64,000 nucleotides of DNA. Origin: Escherichia coli (lineage in GTDB: Bacteria > Pseudomonadota > Gammaproteobacteria > Enterobacterales > Enterobacteriaceae). The position numbers and the translations under genes were made by a program. This document shows positions 28,286 to 42,284 of the stretch, piece by piece. Numbering within the stretch: the stretch's first letter is position 1; each line of letters opens with the position of its first letter. The stretch lies in assembly GCF_003334315.1 (NCBI RefSeq), contig NZ_QOWR01000003.1; one strand, given 5' to 3'. The notes beneath the pieces are model-generated. The model was given only the letters and a program-made list of their open reading frames with translations, was not told the DNA's origin and did no database searches.

Positions 28286-28633
28286 TCACTTCTTCTTGTT
28301 CATCATCGCTTTCAGGTCAGCGAATGGGTTGTACTTCGCTTCACCGACATCTTTCTGCGCATCTTCCCCTGCGATAACGGTCGTACCATACTGATCCGCT
28401 TCGGTATATTTCGAATGCTCATGATCGTGGCAATAGAGACACAACAATTCCCAGTTACTGCCATCTTCCGGGTTATTGGTATGGTCGTGATCAATGTGGT
28501 GAACGGTAAGTTCACGCAGGTTGGAATAAACAAACTCGCGGGAACAGCGACCGCAGACCCACGGATAGATTTTTAATGCTTTTTCGCGATAGCCGCTTTC
28601 TAACCGCGCATAGTTTTTTGGGATGATAGCCAT
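28286..28633 (-). CDS. yajD: HNH-endonuclease-family protein YajD (function unknown)
   Basis: 115-aa ORF with CxxC...CxxC zinc knuckle and HNH signature (CGRC ... HHIDHDHTNN ... CLYCHDHEH). Confidence 0.9.
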   Translation of the reverse strand: MAIIPKNYARLESGYREKALKIYPWVCGRCSREFVYSNLRELTVHHIDHDHTNNPEDGSNWELLCLYCHDHEHSKYTEADQYGTTVIAGEDAQKDVGEAKYNPFADLKAMMNKKK

Positions 28634-28709
28634 GAAAAGTTACCTGGATGAAATGTAGGGTTACGCGCAGTTTCCCAAGATGCGGGGATTTTCGCAATCT
28701 CCATACATC

Positions 28710-28737
28710 AAAAAAATCCCGATCTTCTGACCGGGAT
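28710..28737 (-). terminator. Intrinsic terminator after secF
   Basis: ATCCCG/CGGGAT hairpin followed by T7 on the minus strand, about 25 nt past the secF stop. Confidence 0.7.
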
Positions 28738-28760
28738 TTTCAACATCAACGGGAACTTGA

Positions 28761-29732
28761 TTACGGCAGAATTGACGGCTGATCCGCCCCTTCTTTTTCC
28801 ACTTTCTGCTGCAACATGTGTTCGCGCTTCATACCCAGTTTCAGAGCCAACGCAGATGCCACATAGATGGAAGATGCAGTACCGATGGAAACACCGATAA
28901 GCATGGTCAGCGAGAAGCCTTCCAGTACCGGACCACCGAAGAGGTACAGCATCAGGATAACCATCAAGGTAGTACCGGATGTGATCAAGGTACGGTGCAG
29001 CGTCTGGGTCAAGGACACGTTAAAGATTTCGTAAGGCGTACCGCGACGGATCTTGCGGAAGTTTTCACGAATACGGTCCGATACCACGATACTGTCGTTA
29101 AGCGAGTAACCGATAACCGACATCAACGATGCCACAATGGTCAGGTCAATCTCGATATGGAATAACGACAAAATACCCAGCGTAATGATAACGTCGTGCG
29201 CCAGCGCAATAACCACCCCTGCCGCCAGTCGCCACTCAAAGCGGAAACCTACGTACACGAGGATAGACAGCAGCGCTGCCATCAACGCCATCGCACCGGT
29301 TTGCGCAAGGTCTGCCCCCACGCTCGGACCGACGAACTCAATACGCTTCACTGCTGCATTCTGATTGGTGGATTCGTTAATCACCTTCAGAACCTGGCTG
29401 CCCAACACCTGACCGCCGGTTTCGCCTTCAGCAGGCGGCATACGGACCATGATGTCATGGCTGCTACCAAAGTTTTGCAGCATCGGCTCTTCAAAACCGG
29501 CTTTTTGCAATGCATCACGCATTACGTCAATTTCAGCCGGTTTTTCGAGCGTAATTTCAATAACCGTACCACCGGTGAAATCCAGCCCCCAGTTAAAGCC
29601 GCGCACGCCCATAATAACGATAGCAGCGATTAACAGCAGACCAGAGATGCCGAAAGCCCAGTAGTCCCAGCGCATAAAGTCATAGACTTTACGGCCGTGG
29701 TTTAGTTGTTCAACAGTATATTCCTGTGCCAC
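28761..29732 (-). CDS. secF: Protein translocase subunit SecF
   Basis: 323-aa product (M)[18 protein letters not shown]... with GTG start (rc of 29730-29732) 10 nt after the secD stop; no in-frame ATG gives the expected N-terminus. Confidence 0.9.
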
Positions 29733-29742
29733 ATCGCACTCC

Positions 29743-31590
29743 TCAGATTGACAGCTTCTTGACGCGCTTGCCGCCATATAGCAGGTTTACGATGGCACGC
29801 GTACCGACAATCGCGGTAAACATCGACGTCGCCACACCGATACCGGTAGTAATCGCGAACCCTTTAATTGCCCCGGTACCCACTGCGTACAGGATGATGA
29901 CTTTAATCAGCGTGGTGATGTTCGCATCGAAGATAGAACTGAATGCGCCACGATAACCTTCATCAATTGCCTGTTGAACAGTACGTCCGTTGCTCAACTC
30001 TTCTTTAATACGTTCGTTGATCAGTACGTTCGCATCGACCGCCACCGCAAGGGTTAAGACGATACCCGCGATACCTGGCATACTCAGCGTTGCGCCTGGC
30101 AACAGCGACATAATGCCGACGATTAAGATCAAGTTGGCAATCAGAGCACTGGTCGCAATCAGACCAAACTTCTTATAGAAGATGATCATGAACAGAATAG
30201 AAACCAGCAGACCGGCAAGGCAAGCCTCCAGCCCCTGTTCAATGTTCTGCATACCCAGGGTTGGGCCAATGGTACGTTCTTCAACAATCTGAATCGGCGC
30301 GATCAACGCACCGGCACGCAGCAGCAGTGACAGCTGACGGGCTTCGTTCGGGTTGTTGATGCCGGTGATACGGAAGCTGTTACCCAGACGAGACTGGATG
30401 TTGGCGATGTTAATCACCTCTTCCTGTTTCACCAGAACCGCACGACCATTTGCATCTTTCTTACCGCTGTCTTTGTACTCCACAAACAGGGTTGCCATCG
30501 GTTTGCCGATGTTGTCCTTAGTGAAGTTAGACATGATGTTACCACCAGCGCTATCGAGCGAGATGTTAACCTGCGGTTGGTTGTATTCGTCCTGGCTGGA
30601 AGTGGAGTCGGTGATATGGTCACCGGTCAGAATTACGCGTTTGTACAGCACAACTGGCTGACCTTCGCGGGTCTGTTTCACTTCAGAGTCGCCCGGTACG
30701 CGACCGGATGCCGCAGCGGCCTGGTCAACGTTGGTGTTTACCAGACGGAATTCCAGCGTTGCCGTCGCACCCAGAATCTCTTTCGCACGCGCAGTGTCCT
30801 GAATACCTGGCAGTTCAACAACGATACGGTCAGCACCCTGACGCTGAACCACCGGCTCCGCCACGCCAAGTTGGTTTACACGGTTACGCAGGATATTAAT
30901 GTTCTGCTGCACCGCATATTCACGCGCTTCACTCAGACGAGCATCGCTCATTACCGCACGCAGCTGGTTGCTGCCCTGGCTGCTAATCACCAGGTCCGGA
31001 TGGCGCTTGCTCAGATACGCAATGGCTTCATCACGAGCTTTAGCATCGCGGAAAGTGATGCTCAGGCCGTAGTTGTTTTCTTTACGAACAGTGGTATACG
31101 GGATGCCCTTTTCGCGCAGGTCACTGCGTAGGCTATCGATATTTTGTTCCTGGAGTTTGCCAAGCGCGGTGTCCATATCCACTTCCATCAGGAAGTGAAC
31201 GCCGCCACGCAGGTCAAGGCCGAGCTTCATCGGCTCAGCGTGAATAGCTGCCAGCCAGCGCGGCGTTGCCGGGGCAAGGTTAAGCGCCACGACGTATTTG
31301 TCACCCATAACGCCCATTAATGCTTCACGAGCGCGCAACTGGGTGTCAGTGGAGTCGAAGCGCGCAAGAATAGCGCCCTCTTCCAGTGCCACAGACTTAG
31401 CAGTTATTTTTTCTTCTTGTAACGTTTTCTGGACCTGGATCAGCGTTTGCTCACTGGCGGCGACTCCGCGCGCACCAGTGATCTGAACAGCCGGATCCTC
31501 ACCAAACAGGTTGGGAAGCGCATACAGCAGACCGATGACAATCACCACGATCAGCATGACGTACTTCCACAAAGGATAACGGTTTAACAC
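29743..31590 (-). CDS. secD: Protein translocase subunit SecD
   Basis: 615-aa membrane ORF with large periplasmic domain. Confidence 0.97.
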   Translation of the reverse strand: MLNRYPLWKYVMLIVVIVIGLLYALPNLFGEDPAVQITGARGVAASEQTLIQVQKTLQEEKITAKSVALEEGAILARFDSTDTQLRAREALMGVMGDKYVVALNLAPATPRWLAAIHAEPMKLGLDLRGGVHFLMEVDMDTALGKLQEQNIDSLRSDLREKGIPYTTVRKENNYGLSITFRDAKARDEAIAYLSKRHPDLVISSQGSNQLRAVMSDARLSEAREYAVQQNINILRNRVNQLGVAEPVVQRQGADRIVVELPGIQDTARAKEILGATATLEFRLVNTNVDQAAAASGRVPGDSEVKQTREGQPVVLYKRVILTGDHITDSTSSQDEYNQPQVNISLDSAGGNIMSNFTKDNIGKPMATLFVEYKDSGKKDANGRAVLVKQEEVINIANIQSRLGNSFRITGINNPNEARQLSLLLRAGALIAPIQIVEERTIGPTLGMQNIEQGLEACLAGLLVSILFMIIFYKKFGLIATSALIANLILIVGIMSLLPGATLSMPGIAGIVLTLAVAVDANVLINERIKEELSNGRTVQQAIDEGYRGAFSSIFDANITTLIKVIILYAVGTGAIKGFAITTGIGVATSMFTAIVGTRAIVNLLYGGKRVKKLSI

Positions 31591-31617
31591 GGCAATTCCC
31601 TTAGGGAAAAATTTTAA

Positions 31618-31950
31618 TTACAGCGCCTTCATGGTGCCTTTCGGCAGGACGGCAGCTACGAAGTCACGTTTAATAACTACTTCAGTGGTGTCATTCAGCG
31701 CGATAGCAATGTAGCCGTTTTCCGCTACTTTGGTTACGCGACCAACCAGGCCACCGTTCGTCAGAACTTCATCACCTTTGGCAATGGAGTCCATCAGCTT
31801 TTTGTGTTCTTTGGTGCGCTTCTGCTGTGGACGCAGGATCATGAAATAGAAAATCAGACCGAATACCACCAGCATCAAAATCAAAGACATCGGGCTACCT
31901 TGCGCCGGTGCACCCGTTGCCGCTACCGCATCAGAAATAAAAAAGCTCAT
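31618..31950 (-). CDS. yajC: Sec translocon accessory subunit YajC
   Basis: 110-aa product MSFFISDAVAATGAPAQGSPMSLI... from ATG (rc of 31948-31950); single TM helix. Confidence 0.93.
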   Translation of the reverse strand: MSFFISDAVAATGAPAQGSPMSLILMLVVFGLIFYFMILRPQQKRTKEHKKLMDSIAKGDEVLTNGGLVGRVTKVAENGYIAIALNDTTEVVIKRDFVAAVLPKGTMKAL

Positions 31951-31972
31951 TAAATTTCCCTCATTATTAATA

Positions 31973-33115
<1,143 letters not shown>

Positions 33116-33155
33116 TCAGAAAAACAGTCCAACGTTTTAAACCAGCGCCGCGGAA

Positions 33156-34226
33156 TTACTCCCCGACGCGCTCATTAATTGCCTGCGGATTGTACGTGAT
33201 AAACATCGCATCACCGTAACTAAAAAAGCGATATTTCTCTTCTACCGCTGCTTTATAGGCGTTCATGGTGTGTTGATAACCGGCAAAGGCCGAAACCAGC
33301 ATAATCAGCGTCGACTCTGGCAAGTGGAAGTTCGTCACCAGCGCATCGACCACTTTGTACTGGAAGCCCGGATAGATAAAGATTTGGGTATCGTCGAAGA
33401 ACGGTTCAATGAGATCGTTTTTCGCTGCCTGAGCCGCGCTTTCCAGCGAACGTACTGAAGTGGTGCCAACCGCAATCACCCGGTTACCGCGCGCTTTCGC
33501 CGCCAGTACCGCGTCTACCACATCCTGCGGTACTTCAGCGTATTCCGAGTGCATGATGTGATCTTCAATGGTGTCGACGCGCACCGGCTGGAAGGTGCCC
33601 GCACCAACGTGCAACGTCACAAACGCCATCTCCACGCCTTTGGCGCGCAATTTTTCCAGCAAAGGCTCGTCAAAATGCAGACCTGCGGTCGGGGCTGCAA
33701 CCGCGCCCGGTTTTTCGCTATAAACGGTTTGATAAAGTTCGCGGTCAGCGTCTTCGTCCGGACGGTCGATATACGGCGGCAGCGGCATATGGCCGATGCT
33801 GTTGAGAATATCCAGCACCGAGCGTTCATCATTAAATTCGACTTCAAACAGTGCGCCGTGGCGCGCGGTCATTGTTGCGTTAATACTTTCGTCATCGCCC
33901 AGCAGCAGTTCTGCGCCAGGTTTTGGCGCTTTCGAGGCGCGAATATGCGCAAGAATGCGTTTGTCGTCGAGCATCCGTTCAACCAGCACTTCAATCTTGC
34001 CGCCGCTGGCTTTACGCCCAAACAGGCGCGCCGGGATCACGCGGGTATTATTAAAAACCAGAAGATCGCCGGGGTTGAGCTTATCAAGTAAATCGGTGAA
34101 AGTACCGTGCGTCAGCGCGCCCGTCGGCCCGTCCAGCGACAGTAAACGACAGCTACTGCGTTCAGGCATGGGATAGTGGGCAATCAGGGATTCGGGCAAT
34201 TCAAAGGAGAAATCGGTAACGCGCAT
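33156..34226 (-). CDS. queA: S-adenosylmethionine:tRNA ribosyltransferase-isomerase
   Basis: 356-aa [32 protein letters not shown]... Confidence 0.97.
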
Positions 34227-34318
34227 GACACTGACTCAGACTAAAATAAGAGGCGGGTAGTCTAGTGCCGGGGCGCTCTCCCTGCAACCTTTACCCCCTT
34301 TTGGATAGAATATAATCG

Positions 34319-34900
34319 ATGAATTTTTTAGCTCACCTGCATTTAGCCCATCTCGCGGAAAGCTCGCTTTCCGGCAATTTACTGGCTGATTTCGTACGCG
34401 GAAATCCTGAAGAAAGTTTTCCGCCCGACGTCGTGGCTGGCATTCATATGCATCGACGTATCGACGTATTGACTGACAATCTGCCGGAAGTCCGCGAAGC
34501 ACGGGAGTGGTTTCGTAGTGAAACGCGCCGCGTTGCGCCTATTACGCTGGATGTCATGTGGGATCACTTTCTTTCCCGCCACTGGTCGCAGCTGTCGCCG
34601 GACTTTCCGCTACAGGAATTTGTCTGTTATGCCCGCGAGCAAGTGATGACGATTTTGCCGAACTCACCGCCACGTTTTATCAATCTGAACAATTACTTGT
34701 GGTCAGAGCAGTGGCTGGTGCGCTATCGCGATATGGATTTCATCCAGAACGTGTTAAACGGCATGGCAAGCCGCCGCCCACGTCTGGATGCCCTGCGTGA
34801 CTCCTGGTACGATTTAGACGCTCATTATGACGCCCTCGAAACCCGCTTCTGGCAGTTTTATCCGCGGATGATGGCGCAGGCGTCACGCAAGGCGTTATAA
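34319..34900 (+). CDS. acpH: Acyl carrier protein phosphodiesterase
   Basis: 193-aa [34 protein letters not shown]... Confidence 0.93.
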   Translation: MNFLAHLHLAHLAESSLSGNLLADFVRGNPEESFPPDVVAGIHMHRRIDVLTDNLPEVREAREWFRSETRRVAPITLDVMWDHFLSRHWSQLSPDFPLQEFVCYAREQVMTILPNSPPRFINLNNYLWSEQWLVRYRDMDFIQNVLNGMASRRPRLDALRDSWYDLDAHYDALETRFWQFYPRMMAQASRKAL

Positions 34901-34904
34901 AACG

Positions 34905-36722
34905 TTAGTTCATCCATACCGTAGCCGAAATGGCAGGCAAAGCCAGAATCCCGTCAGTCAGTTGCCCATGCCCTTCTTTGCATTGCCATTGCACGGCATT
35001 GAGAAACGGTGACGCGGGTAGCACCACTTCACAGGCCTCGCCACGGTTGATTGCCACCAGTACACGTTGCTGATTCAGCACGCGGACAAATACCACCACG
35101 TTATCTTCCGCATACAGCACCTGACAGCCGCCATGACGTAGCGCCTGACTTTTCTTACGCAGCGCAATCATTCGCTGGTACAGCGCGAATAACGCCGTAT
35201 CCTGCTTTTCCACCTGCCAGGGGAACGGTTTACGGCAAAACGGATCGTTTTTGCCATCCAGTCCTACTTCATCACCGTAATAAATGCACGGTACACCAGG
35301 CCAGGTGAACAGCCAGACCACCGCCAGCGGCAGGCGCGCAATATCCCGACCGAGCAGCGTTTTAAATCGCGCAGTATCGTGGCTGTCGAGCTGATTAAAC
35401 ATACGTAATTGTTGTTGATGAGAAAGCCCTGCGCGGTAATTATCCATCCAGGCCATACAGGTTTGGGCATCAATTTGCTGCGGATCGTAAGAGATATCGG
35501 TATTGGCAAGAAATCCCCACAACGGGAATGTGAAGCCACGATAGTTCATGGCGGCATCTTCCACATCGGCCTGTAACCATTGCCGTGCATCGCCAAAATG
35601 TTCGCCGACAATATACGCTTCCGGCTGGGTTTCTTTCGCCGCTTCGGTGATCCCGGCAACGTGCTGCATATTATTGCGCGCCCCACCCGCCTCCCCCAGC
35701 ATATGCACCACATCCAGCCGCCAGCCGTCCATATTCCACGGCGCTTTCAGCCAGTGGCGGACAATACTGTCTTCCCCGCGATAAATTTCATTCACCAGAC
35801 TTTCCGACTGATAATCCAGCTTCGGCAAGCTGGCATAGCCAAGCCAGTCGAGCGCCGTGCCATCATCACTAAACGAGTACCAGTCGCGCCAGGGCGATTC
35901 GGGGTTGTGACAAGCACCACCCGTGCCACGATTATGCCTGTCAAACCAGGCATGGGAATCGCCACTGTGGTTAAACACGCCGTCCAGCACCAGCCGCATT
36001 CCCAGCTGCTGCGTATTGTGTCGCAAACGCAGCAACGCCCCATCACCGCCAAACTGCGGATCGACATGGCGATAATCCTCGGTATCGTATTTATGTACGC
36101 TGGGAGCTTTAAACACCGGATTGAGATACAGCGCTGTCACGCCAAGCTTTTTCAGATACGGCAGTTTTTCGCTTATCCCGTCCAGATCGCCGCCATAGAA
36201 CGTTGATCCGCCCGCCTGCGCCGTGACCGGTTCATCCCAGTCACGCAAGATGATCTCTTGTCCGGCTGCATGATGGTAATAGACATGATCCTGTTCAGCT
36301 TCACGAGGAAGACTACGCGCAAAACGATCAGGGAAGATCTGATAAAAAATCTGATCCGCAGCCCATTGTGGGCCGATATCCGGTACATCGACGGCAAACT
36401 GCTCCAGTCGTGCCGGCGGCATTCGGCTGAAGCCCTGCGGTGTAAACCAACGCTGGCGATCGTGCCACAGCAGTTTGAAACTGTAACGCCGCCGGGGTTG
36501 TCCGCTGGAGAGATCAATCGCCGCACGCCATGCGGTGACGCCAGGCTGCGGCTGACTGCGCTGCTTATGCATCGGTACTGACATTTCTTCGTTATCGTGT
36601 TCTGTACGCAGCATAATGCGCTGCGGTGGGTCTTCGCCCGTCAGCCACAGTGTAATGAGCAGTTGATCTTTGCTTTGTTTAACAAATGGGGGCACCGGCA
36701 GGTGCCATGCATTTAACATCAT
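34905..36722 (-). CDS. malZ: Maltodextrin glucosidase
   Basis: Glycoside hydrolase family 13 ORF of 605 codons (604 if the second of two adjacent ATGs is used). Confidence 0.93.
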
Positions 36723-36877
36723 AATTCCCCTGTGATGAAAATCTGATCACCTTGCCATAGCCTAATGCAGGATCACTCATCATCTGAAGGATATTTGGGG
36801 GAGGAGGACGGGGGCGGATAACTTTCGGAATAGCCGGATCAGGATTTCCTCCTGAACCGGCTTACAGAACGCAAGGA

Positions 36878-38251
36878 TTACTGGTTTTCAGCCAGCTGAC
36901 GATCGTGGCGGCGTTTAAACATCCAGCCAATCAACAGCACAACAATCCACGCGAAACCGACATACAGCGAGATACGCGTATCCGGGTGATAACCAATCAA
37001 CCCGATAATAAAGAGCAGGAAAATCAGCCCGCCGATGGTCGTTGCTACCCCACCCGGCACTTTAAATTTCAGCGCCTTAACTTCTTCTGGCGGCAAACGG
37101 CGACGGAAGGCAATTTGCGACAGCAGGATCATAATCCACACCCACACCGTGGCGAAGGTTGCCAGCGAAGCGATCACCAGGAAGACGTTTTCCGGCATGA
37201 TGTAGTTCAGATACACCGCAAACAGCAGCGCGGTAGTCATCACCAGCACCGTAACCCACGGAATACCGCGACGCGACGTTTTGCTGAAAATTTTCGGCGC
37301 GCTGCCCTGCTCTGCCATACCGTGGAGCATACGGCCTACGCCAAATACATCACTGTTAATTGCCGACAGCGAAGCAGTCAGCACAACAAAGTTAAGAATG
37401 CTGGCGGCAAAGGTAATGCCCATATGCTGGAACGTCAGCACGAACGGGCTACCGGCAGTGCCAACCTGATTCCACGGGTAGATAGACATAATGACGAACA
37501 GCGTACCGACGTAGAACACCAGAATACGCATCGGCACGGAGTTAATCGCACGCGGTATCGATTTCTCAGGATCTTTCGCTTCACCGGCGGTAATCCCGAT
37601 AATTTCGATCCCACCGTAAGCAAACATCACCATTTGCAACGACATTACCATGCCAAGCCAGCCGTTACTGAAGAAGCCGCCGTTGCTCCACAGGTTATGA
37701 ATACCGGTCGGTTGCCCGCCGTTGCCAATCCCCCAGATGATGATGCCGAAACCGGCGACAATCATGATGATGATGGTGGCGACTTTAAAGAACGAGAACC
37801 AGAATTCCAGCTCACCGAATACCTTCACGCTCATCAGGTTTACGGCGCAAATGATCAGCACCACGCTCAGTACCCAAATCCAGTGCGGCACCGTCGGGAA
37901 CCAGACACCCATATAGATACCAAAAGCGGTCACATCGGCGATGGCGACAATAAGGATTTCAAAGCAGTAGGTCCAGCCGGTAATGTAACCTGCCAGCGGG
38001 CCGAGGTTTTCCTGCGCATAACGCGAGAAAGAGCTGGCGGCCGGGTTATGTACCGACATTTCCCCCAGCGCACGCATAATGATATACGCCGCGATACCAC
38101 CGATAATATAGGCCAACAACACGCTCGGACCGGCCATTTTGATGGCGTCTGCCGAACCGTAAAACAGCCCGGTGCCAATTGCTGAACCCAGTGCCATAAA
38201 GCGTATGTGGCGGGTACTTAGCCCACGCTTTAGCTTGTTCTTACTTTCCAT
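36878..38251 (-). CDS. proY: Proline-specific permease ProY (APC family)
   Basis: 457-aa product [33 protein letters not shown]... from ATG (rc of 38249-38251); the ORF track first codon is an upstream TTG. Confidence 0.94.
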   Translation of the reverse strand: MESKNKLKRGLSTRHIRFMALGSAIGTGLFYGSADAIKMAGPSVLLAYIIGGIAAYIIMRALGEMSVHNPAASSFSRYAQENLGPLAGYITGWTYCFEILIVAIADVTAFGIYMGVWFPTVPHWIWVLSVVLIICAVNLMSVKVFGELEFWFSFFKVATIIIMIVAGFGIIIWGIGNGGQPTGIHNLWSNGGFFSNGWLGMVMSLQMVMFAYGGIEIIGITAGEAKDPEKSIPRAINSVPMRILVFYVGTLFVIMSIYPWNQVGTAGSPFVLTFQHMGITFAASILNFVVLTASLSAINSDVFGVGRMLHGMAEQGSAPKIFSKTSRRGIPWVTVLVMTTALLFAVYLNYIMPENVFLVIASLATFATVWVWIMILLSQIAFRRRLPPEEVKALKFKVPGGVATTIGGLIFLLFIIGLIGYHPDTRISLYVGFAWIVVLLIGWMFKRRHDRQLAENQ

Positions 38252-38270
38252 CAATTCCTAACCCATCAAC

Positions 38271-38305
38271 ACAATAAAAAACCACGGGGCATCGCAGCCC
38301 CGTGG
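38271..38305 (-). terminator. Intrinsic terminator after brnQ
   Basis: CCACGGGGC-ATCGCA-GCCCCGTGG hairpin followed by T-run on the minus strand, about 20 nt past the brnQ stop. Confidence 0.75.
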
Positions 38306-38326
38306 TTAAAACAAATGTTCAGTGAT

Positions 38327-39646
38327 TTAGTGAGCGCTGGAGGTCACCTGACGACCTGCCGCGCGATCCCAGATAATGGCCAGAACCACCATCACCACTG
38401 TTGGCATTAACCACGCCAGACCTTGTTCGGCCAGCGGTAAACGCTGCGCCCAGGACGGTAAGATATCGCTGAATGCAGATGCTTTGATCCCGTCGAGAAT
38501 ACCAAAAAGCAGGCTGATAAACATCGGCGGAGCAATCACGCGGGACGAATTATGCCACCATGAGCGTGTAAAACTTAATACAACCAGTGCGATACACGGC
38601 GGATAAATAGCGGTCAGCACCGGTACGGAGATCTGGATCAGCTGGCTTAAGCCGAGGTTAGAAACCACCATCGAGAAGCCGCCGAGGATAAACACCAGCG
38701 TACGATAAGAGAGCGGTACGTACTGGGCAAAGAATTCTGCACAAGCACAGGTAAGGCCAACTGCCGTTACCAGGCAGGCGATGAAGATTAACGCCGCCAG
38801 CAGGAAGCTACCGCCGCCGCCAAAGGTGTGCTGAACGTAAGCATGCAGAATAGCAGCGCCGTTTGCAGACTGATCGACCAGCGACGCGCTGTCTGACCCC
38901 AGACGGAACAGCGCCAGGTACAGCAGAGTCAGACCAACACCCGCCATCAGGCCAGCCCAGACGGTATAACGGGTCAGCAGACGCGCTTCGGTAACGCCAC
39001 GAGAACGCGCCGCGTTAACAATAACGATACCAAACACCATTGCGCCCAGCGTATCCATGGTCAGATAGCCGTTAACGAAGCCGTTAGAAAACGCAGCGTT
39101 TTGATAAGCCTCAGTCGCCGTGCTGATAGAACCCGCCGGCCAGACAATCGCGGCAACAGACAGGATGACCAGCGCGATAATTTTCAGCGGCGCAAGGAAG
39201 TTGCCCACGGTATCCAGCAGCTTGCCCGGATAGAGCGAAACCAGAATAACGATAGCGAAATAGACCAGGCTGTAGATAAACAGCGGCAGCGCGGAATCAC
39301 CCGTCAGCGGCGCAATCCCCACTTCAAAAGAAACGGTAGCTGTACGCGGCGTAGCGAAAAGCGGCCCCACCGCTAGGTAACAAACCGTTGCCAGCAGTAC
39401 GCCAGCGACTTTACCGATTGGCGTGCTGAGGCTGTCAACACCGCCGCCAACTTTTGCCAGCGCCACTACCGTTAATACCGGCAGGCCAACGGCAGTAATG
39501 AGGAAGCCGAATGCCGCAGTCCAGACGTGTTCGCCTGCCTGTAAGCCGACCATTGGAGGGAAAATAATGTTACCTGCGCCGACGAACAACGCAAATGTCA
39601 TAAAGCCCAGAGCGATGATATCGCGCGATCTTAATTGATGGGTCAT
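38327..39646 (-). CDS. brnQ: Branched-chain amino acid transport system II carrier
   Basis: 439-aa polytopic membrane [34 protein letters not shown]... Confidence 0.96.
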   Translation of the reverse strand: MTHQLRSRDIIALGFMTFALFVGAGNIIFPPMVGLQAGEHVWTAAFGFLITAVGLPVLTVVALAKVGGGVDSLSTPIGKVAGVLLATVCYLAVGPLFATPRTATVSFEVGIAPLTGDSALPLFIYSLVYFAIVILVSLYPGKLLDTVGNFLAPLKIIALVILSVAAIVWPAGSISTATEAYQNAAFSNGFVNGYLTMDTLGAMVFGIVIVNAARSRGVTEARLLTRYTVWAGLMAGVGLTLLYLALFRLGSDSASLVDQSANGAAILHAYVQHTFGGGGSFLLAALIFIACLVTAVGLTCACAEFFAQYVPLSYRTLVFILGGFSMVVSNLGLSQLIQISVPVLTAIYPPCIALVVLSFTRSWWHNSSRVIAPPMFISLLFGILDGIKASAFSDILPSWAQRLPLAEQGLAWLMPTVVMVVLAIIWDRAAGRQVTSSAH

Positions 39647-39991
39647 AAATCATACTGCCTGTGGATGTGGTGTTGTAACGTTAAATTTTTGTGCCAATCC
39701 CTGGGGATGATACAGCGGTATATTTAAACAATTTTAGCGGGAAATACTCCCAACCAGGCGCGGCGAAGAATAGTTTTTCGATTTACCGCGTTAATGCAGT
39801 CAGTATGACAGCACCTGAAGCGCAATTTAAACGCTTATAACGTTTTAAAGCAAGGAGGGATCTAAAAACCAGAGGTATATAGCGATAAGAAATCACCAAC
39901 CAGTATAAAACACTATTTCCGTGAAAAAGACATGGCTAATCATGCGAACAAAAAACCACCAACCGTTGTAAAATCTAACGCCCATATTTTG

Positions 39992-40025
39992 ACTGCAAAG
40001 AAAATAAGCCAGCATCGGCTGGCTT
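39992..40025 (-). terminator. Intrinsic terminator after phoR
   Basis: AAGCCAGC-ATCG-GCTGGCTT hairpin followed by a T-rich tract on the minus strand, about 30 nt past the phoR stop. Confidence 0.65.
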
Positions 40026-40052
40026 ATGGCAATAAAAGATGACAAAGGCGGA

Positions 40053-41348
40053 TTAATCGCTGTTTTTGGCAATTAAACGTTCCGGGATAACAAAACTGAA
40101 ACGTGTTCCTTTTCCTACTGTACTCTCAATATTCAGGCGACTTTCGTGATGATTCACCGCATGTTTCACGATCGCTAACCCTAATCCGCTACCGCCGGTT
40201 TGCCGGGAACGCGCTTTATCAACGCGATAAAAACGCTCGGTCAGGCGCGGAATATGCTCCGGTGCAATGCCCGGTCCGTTATCTTCAATGCTAAATTCGG
40301 CACCGTGCGGCACTCGCTGCCAGCGTACGGTGATATGCGTACCTTCCGGCGTATGATTCACGGCGTTATAGACCAGGTTCGAAATCGCACTGCGTAGCTG
40401 ATCTTCGTTGCCAGACACCTTGAGGCCGTTATCTATCTCAAAGGTAAATGTCTGTTTTTTCTGACTCAGAGTCTGAGCCTCGCGCTCAACAACGCGCAGC
40501 ATCATCGGCACATCAACCTTTTCATTGAGCAAATGCGTCGGTGCGGCTTCTATTTTCGACAGCGTCAGTAATTGCTTCACCAGCCCTTCCATCCGCTGGG
40601 TCTGCTCGCGCATGGTGTGCAACGCTTTTTCACGTACCGCGCCTTCCAGCGGTTGCTCATCCATCATCTCCAGGTAACCCTGTAACACGGTCAATGGCGT
40701 ACGTAACTCATGGCTCACGTTGGCAAAAAAGTTACGCCGCGCCCCTTCCAGTTGATGCATTTGCGTGACATCACGCGCCACCATCAGTAACTGTTTGTGG
40801 GTATAAGGCATGACGCGAATTTCCAGATGCCGCCCGGTGTTGAGCACCAGATTGAGCGGGCGAGAAAAATCACGCGTTTTCAAATATTGCGTAAACTCCG
40901 GGTAACGCAGCAGGTTAAGGATGTTCTGCCCGTTATCTTCCGGCCAGCGCAAACCAAGAATCTGTTGCGCCAGACCGTTACACCAGAAAATACCGCCCTC
41001 TTCCGTGGTCAGCACCACTGCGTCGGGCAGCGACTCCGCGCCGCTACGAAAGCGTTTAATCAGATTGCCCAGTTCACGGCGGCGTTTTTTATTTCGCAGC
41101 TGCATCTGGTGTAAGCCGTATAGTAGCGGCTCCCAGCTACCACGCCCCGGTGGCGGGGTCATACTACGATCCACCCACAGCCACCATGAAAGGCGCAATA
41201 AATTCCAGAAATGCCAGATAAGCAGTCCCGTTACCGATGCCAGCAAAAACCAGGGCAGGTAACCAAAAAATGCACCCAGGATGAAAGCCGGGAGGCAGCA
41301 AAGTAGCAGCTCCAGCACCAGCCTTTTCCACGACAGCCGTTCCAGCAC
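40053..41348 (-). CDS. phoR: Phosphate regulon sensor histidine kinase PhoR
   Basis: 431-aa ORF; H-box [10 protein letters not shown]; HATPase domain; downstream of phoB. Confidence 0.97.
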   Translation of the reverse strand: MLERLSWKRLVLELLLCCLPAFILGAFFGYLPWFLLASVTGLLIWHFWNLLRLSWWLWVDRSMTPPPGRGSWEPLLYGLHQMQLRNKKRRRELGNLIKRFRSGAESLPDAVVLTTEEGGIFWCNGLAQQILGLRWPEDNGQNILNLLRYPEFTQYLKTRDFSRPLNLVLNTGRHLEIRVMPYTHKQLLMVARDVTQMHQLEGARRNFFANVSHELRTPLTVLQGYLEMMDEQPLEGAVREKALHTMREQTQRMEGLVKQLLTLSKIEAAPTHLLNEKVDVPMMLRVVEREAQTLSQKKQTFTFEIDNGLKVSGNEDQLRSAISNLVYNAVNHTPEGTHITVRWQRVPHGAEFSIEDNGPGIAPEHIPRLTERFYRVDKARSRQTGGSGLGLAIVKHAVNHHESRLNIESTVGKGTRFSFVIPERLIAKNSD

Positions 41349-41405
41349 GTAAGATACTCCAGTTAAGAAATCATAAGCCCTGCTCTGCGTCCGATGAACA
41401 AGGCG

Positions 41406-42095
41406 TTAAAAGCGGGTTGAAAAACGATATCCTGTACCGCGCACGGTCTGCACCATGCGGTCATGCCCGCCGGGCTCCAGTGCTTTACGCAGGCGACGAA
41501 TGTGGACATCGACCGTGCGGTCTTCCACATACACGTTAGTTCCCCAGACGTGGTTTAACAGCTGCTCGCGGCTGTACACGCGCTCAGGATGCGTCATAAA
41601 AAAGTGCAGCAGTTTAAATTCTGTCGGCCCCATCTCCAGTGGCTCTTCGCCCGCCATCACCCGGTGAGATGTCGGGTCGAGGCTTAGCCCCTGCATCTCA
41701 ATCACCTCTTCCACCGCCATTGGCGAAATACGGCGCATTACCGCTTTGATTCGCGCCACCAGCTCCTTCGGCGAAAACGGCTTGGTGATATAGTCATCCG
41801 CGCCGGTTTCAAGGCCGCGCACGCGATCTTCTTCTTCCCCTCTGGCGGTCAACATCACCACTGGAATATCCCGGGTCATCGACTCGCGCTTGAGGTGTTT
41901 GATGAACTGGATACCGGAGCCGCCAGGTAACATCCAGTCAAGGAGAATTAAATCCGGCCAGGGTTCATTCAGTTGATTCACAGCACTGTCATAATCTTCC
42001 GCTTCGACCGGCTGAAAGCCATTTTGTTCGAGCACGAAGCAGACCATTTCGCGAATTGGAGCTTCATCTTCTACGACCAGAATACGTCTCGCCAT
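41406..42095 (-). CDS. phoB: Phosphate regulon response regulator PhoB
   Basis: 229-aa ORF; receiver domain ([13 protein letters not shown]) plus winged-helix output domain. Confidence 0.97.
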
Positions 42096-42138
42096 GATTT
42101 GCCCTGTTGTAATAAATAGGTTGCGATCATTAATGCGA

Positions 42139-42176
42139 CGTCATTATGCGTCAGATTTATGACAGATTTATGAAAA
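42139..42176 (-). promoter_or_regulatory. Pho box of the phoBR promoter
   Basis: Minus strand reads TTTTCATAAATCTGTCATAAATCTGACGCATAATGA, tandem CTGTCAT-type PhoB sites about 45-80 nt upstream of the phoB ATG. Confidence 0.8.
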
Positions 42177-42284
42177 GCTCGTCGCACATATCTTCAGGTT
42201 ATTGATTTCCGTGGCGCAGAAAAAAGCAAATGGCACATCTGTTTGGGTATAATCGCGCCCATGCTTTTTCGCCAGGGAACCGTT

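Noticed and set aside
36723-36877. GGAGGA/GGGGGA-containing stretch upstream of malZ as MalT boxes
   Set aside because: Plausible for a maltose-regulon gene, but I could not fix orientation and spacing confidently by eye; left unannotated.
36905-38185. 426-codon plus-strand ORF
   Set aside because: Antisense to proY; Q/H/R-rich shadow frame.
39932-40042. 36-codon plus-strand ORF (MANHANKKPPTVVKSNAHILTAKKISQHRLAYGNKR) between phoR and brnQ
   Set aside because: Weak SD and it overlaps the phoR terminator hairpin; insufficient evidence to call.
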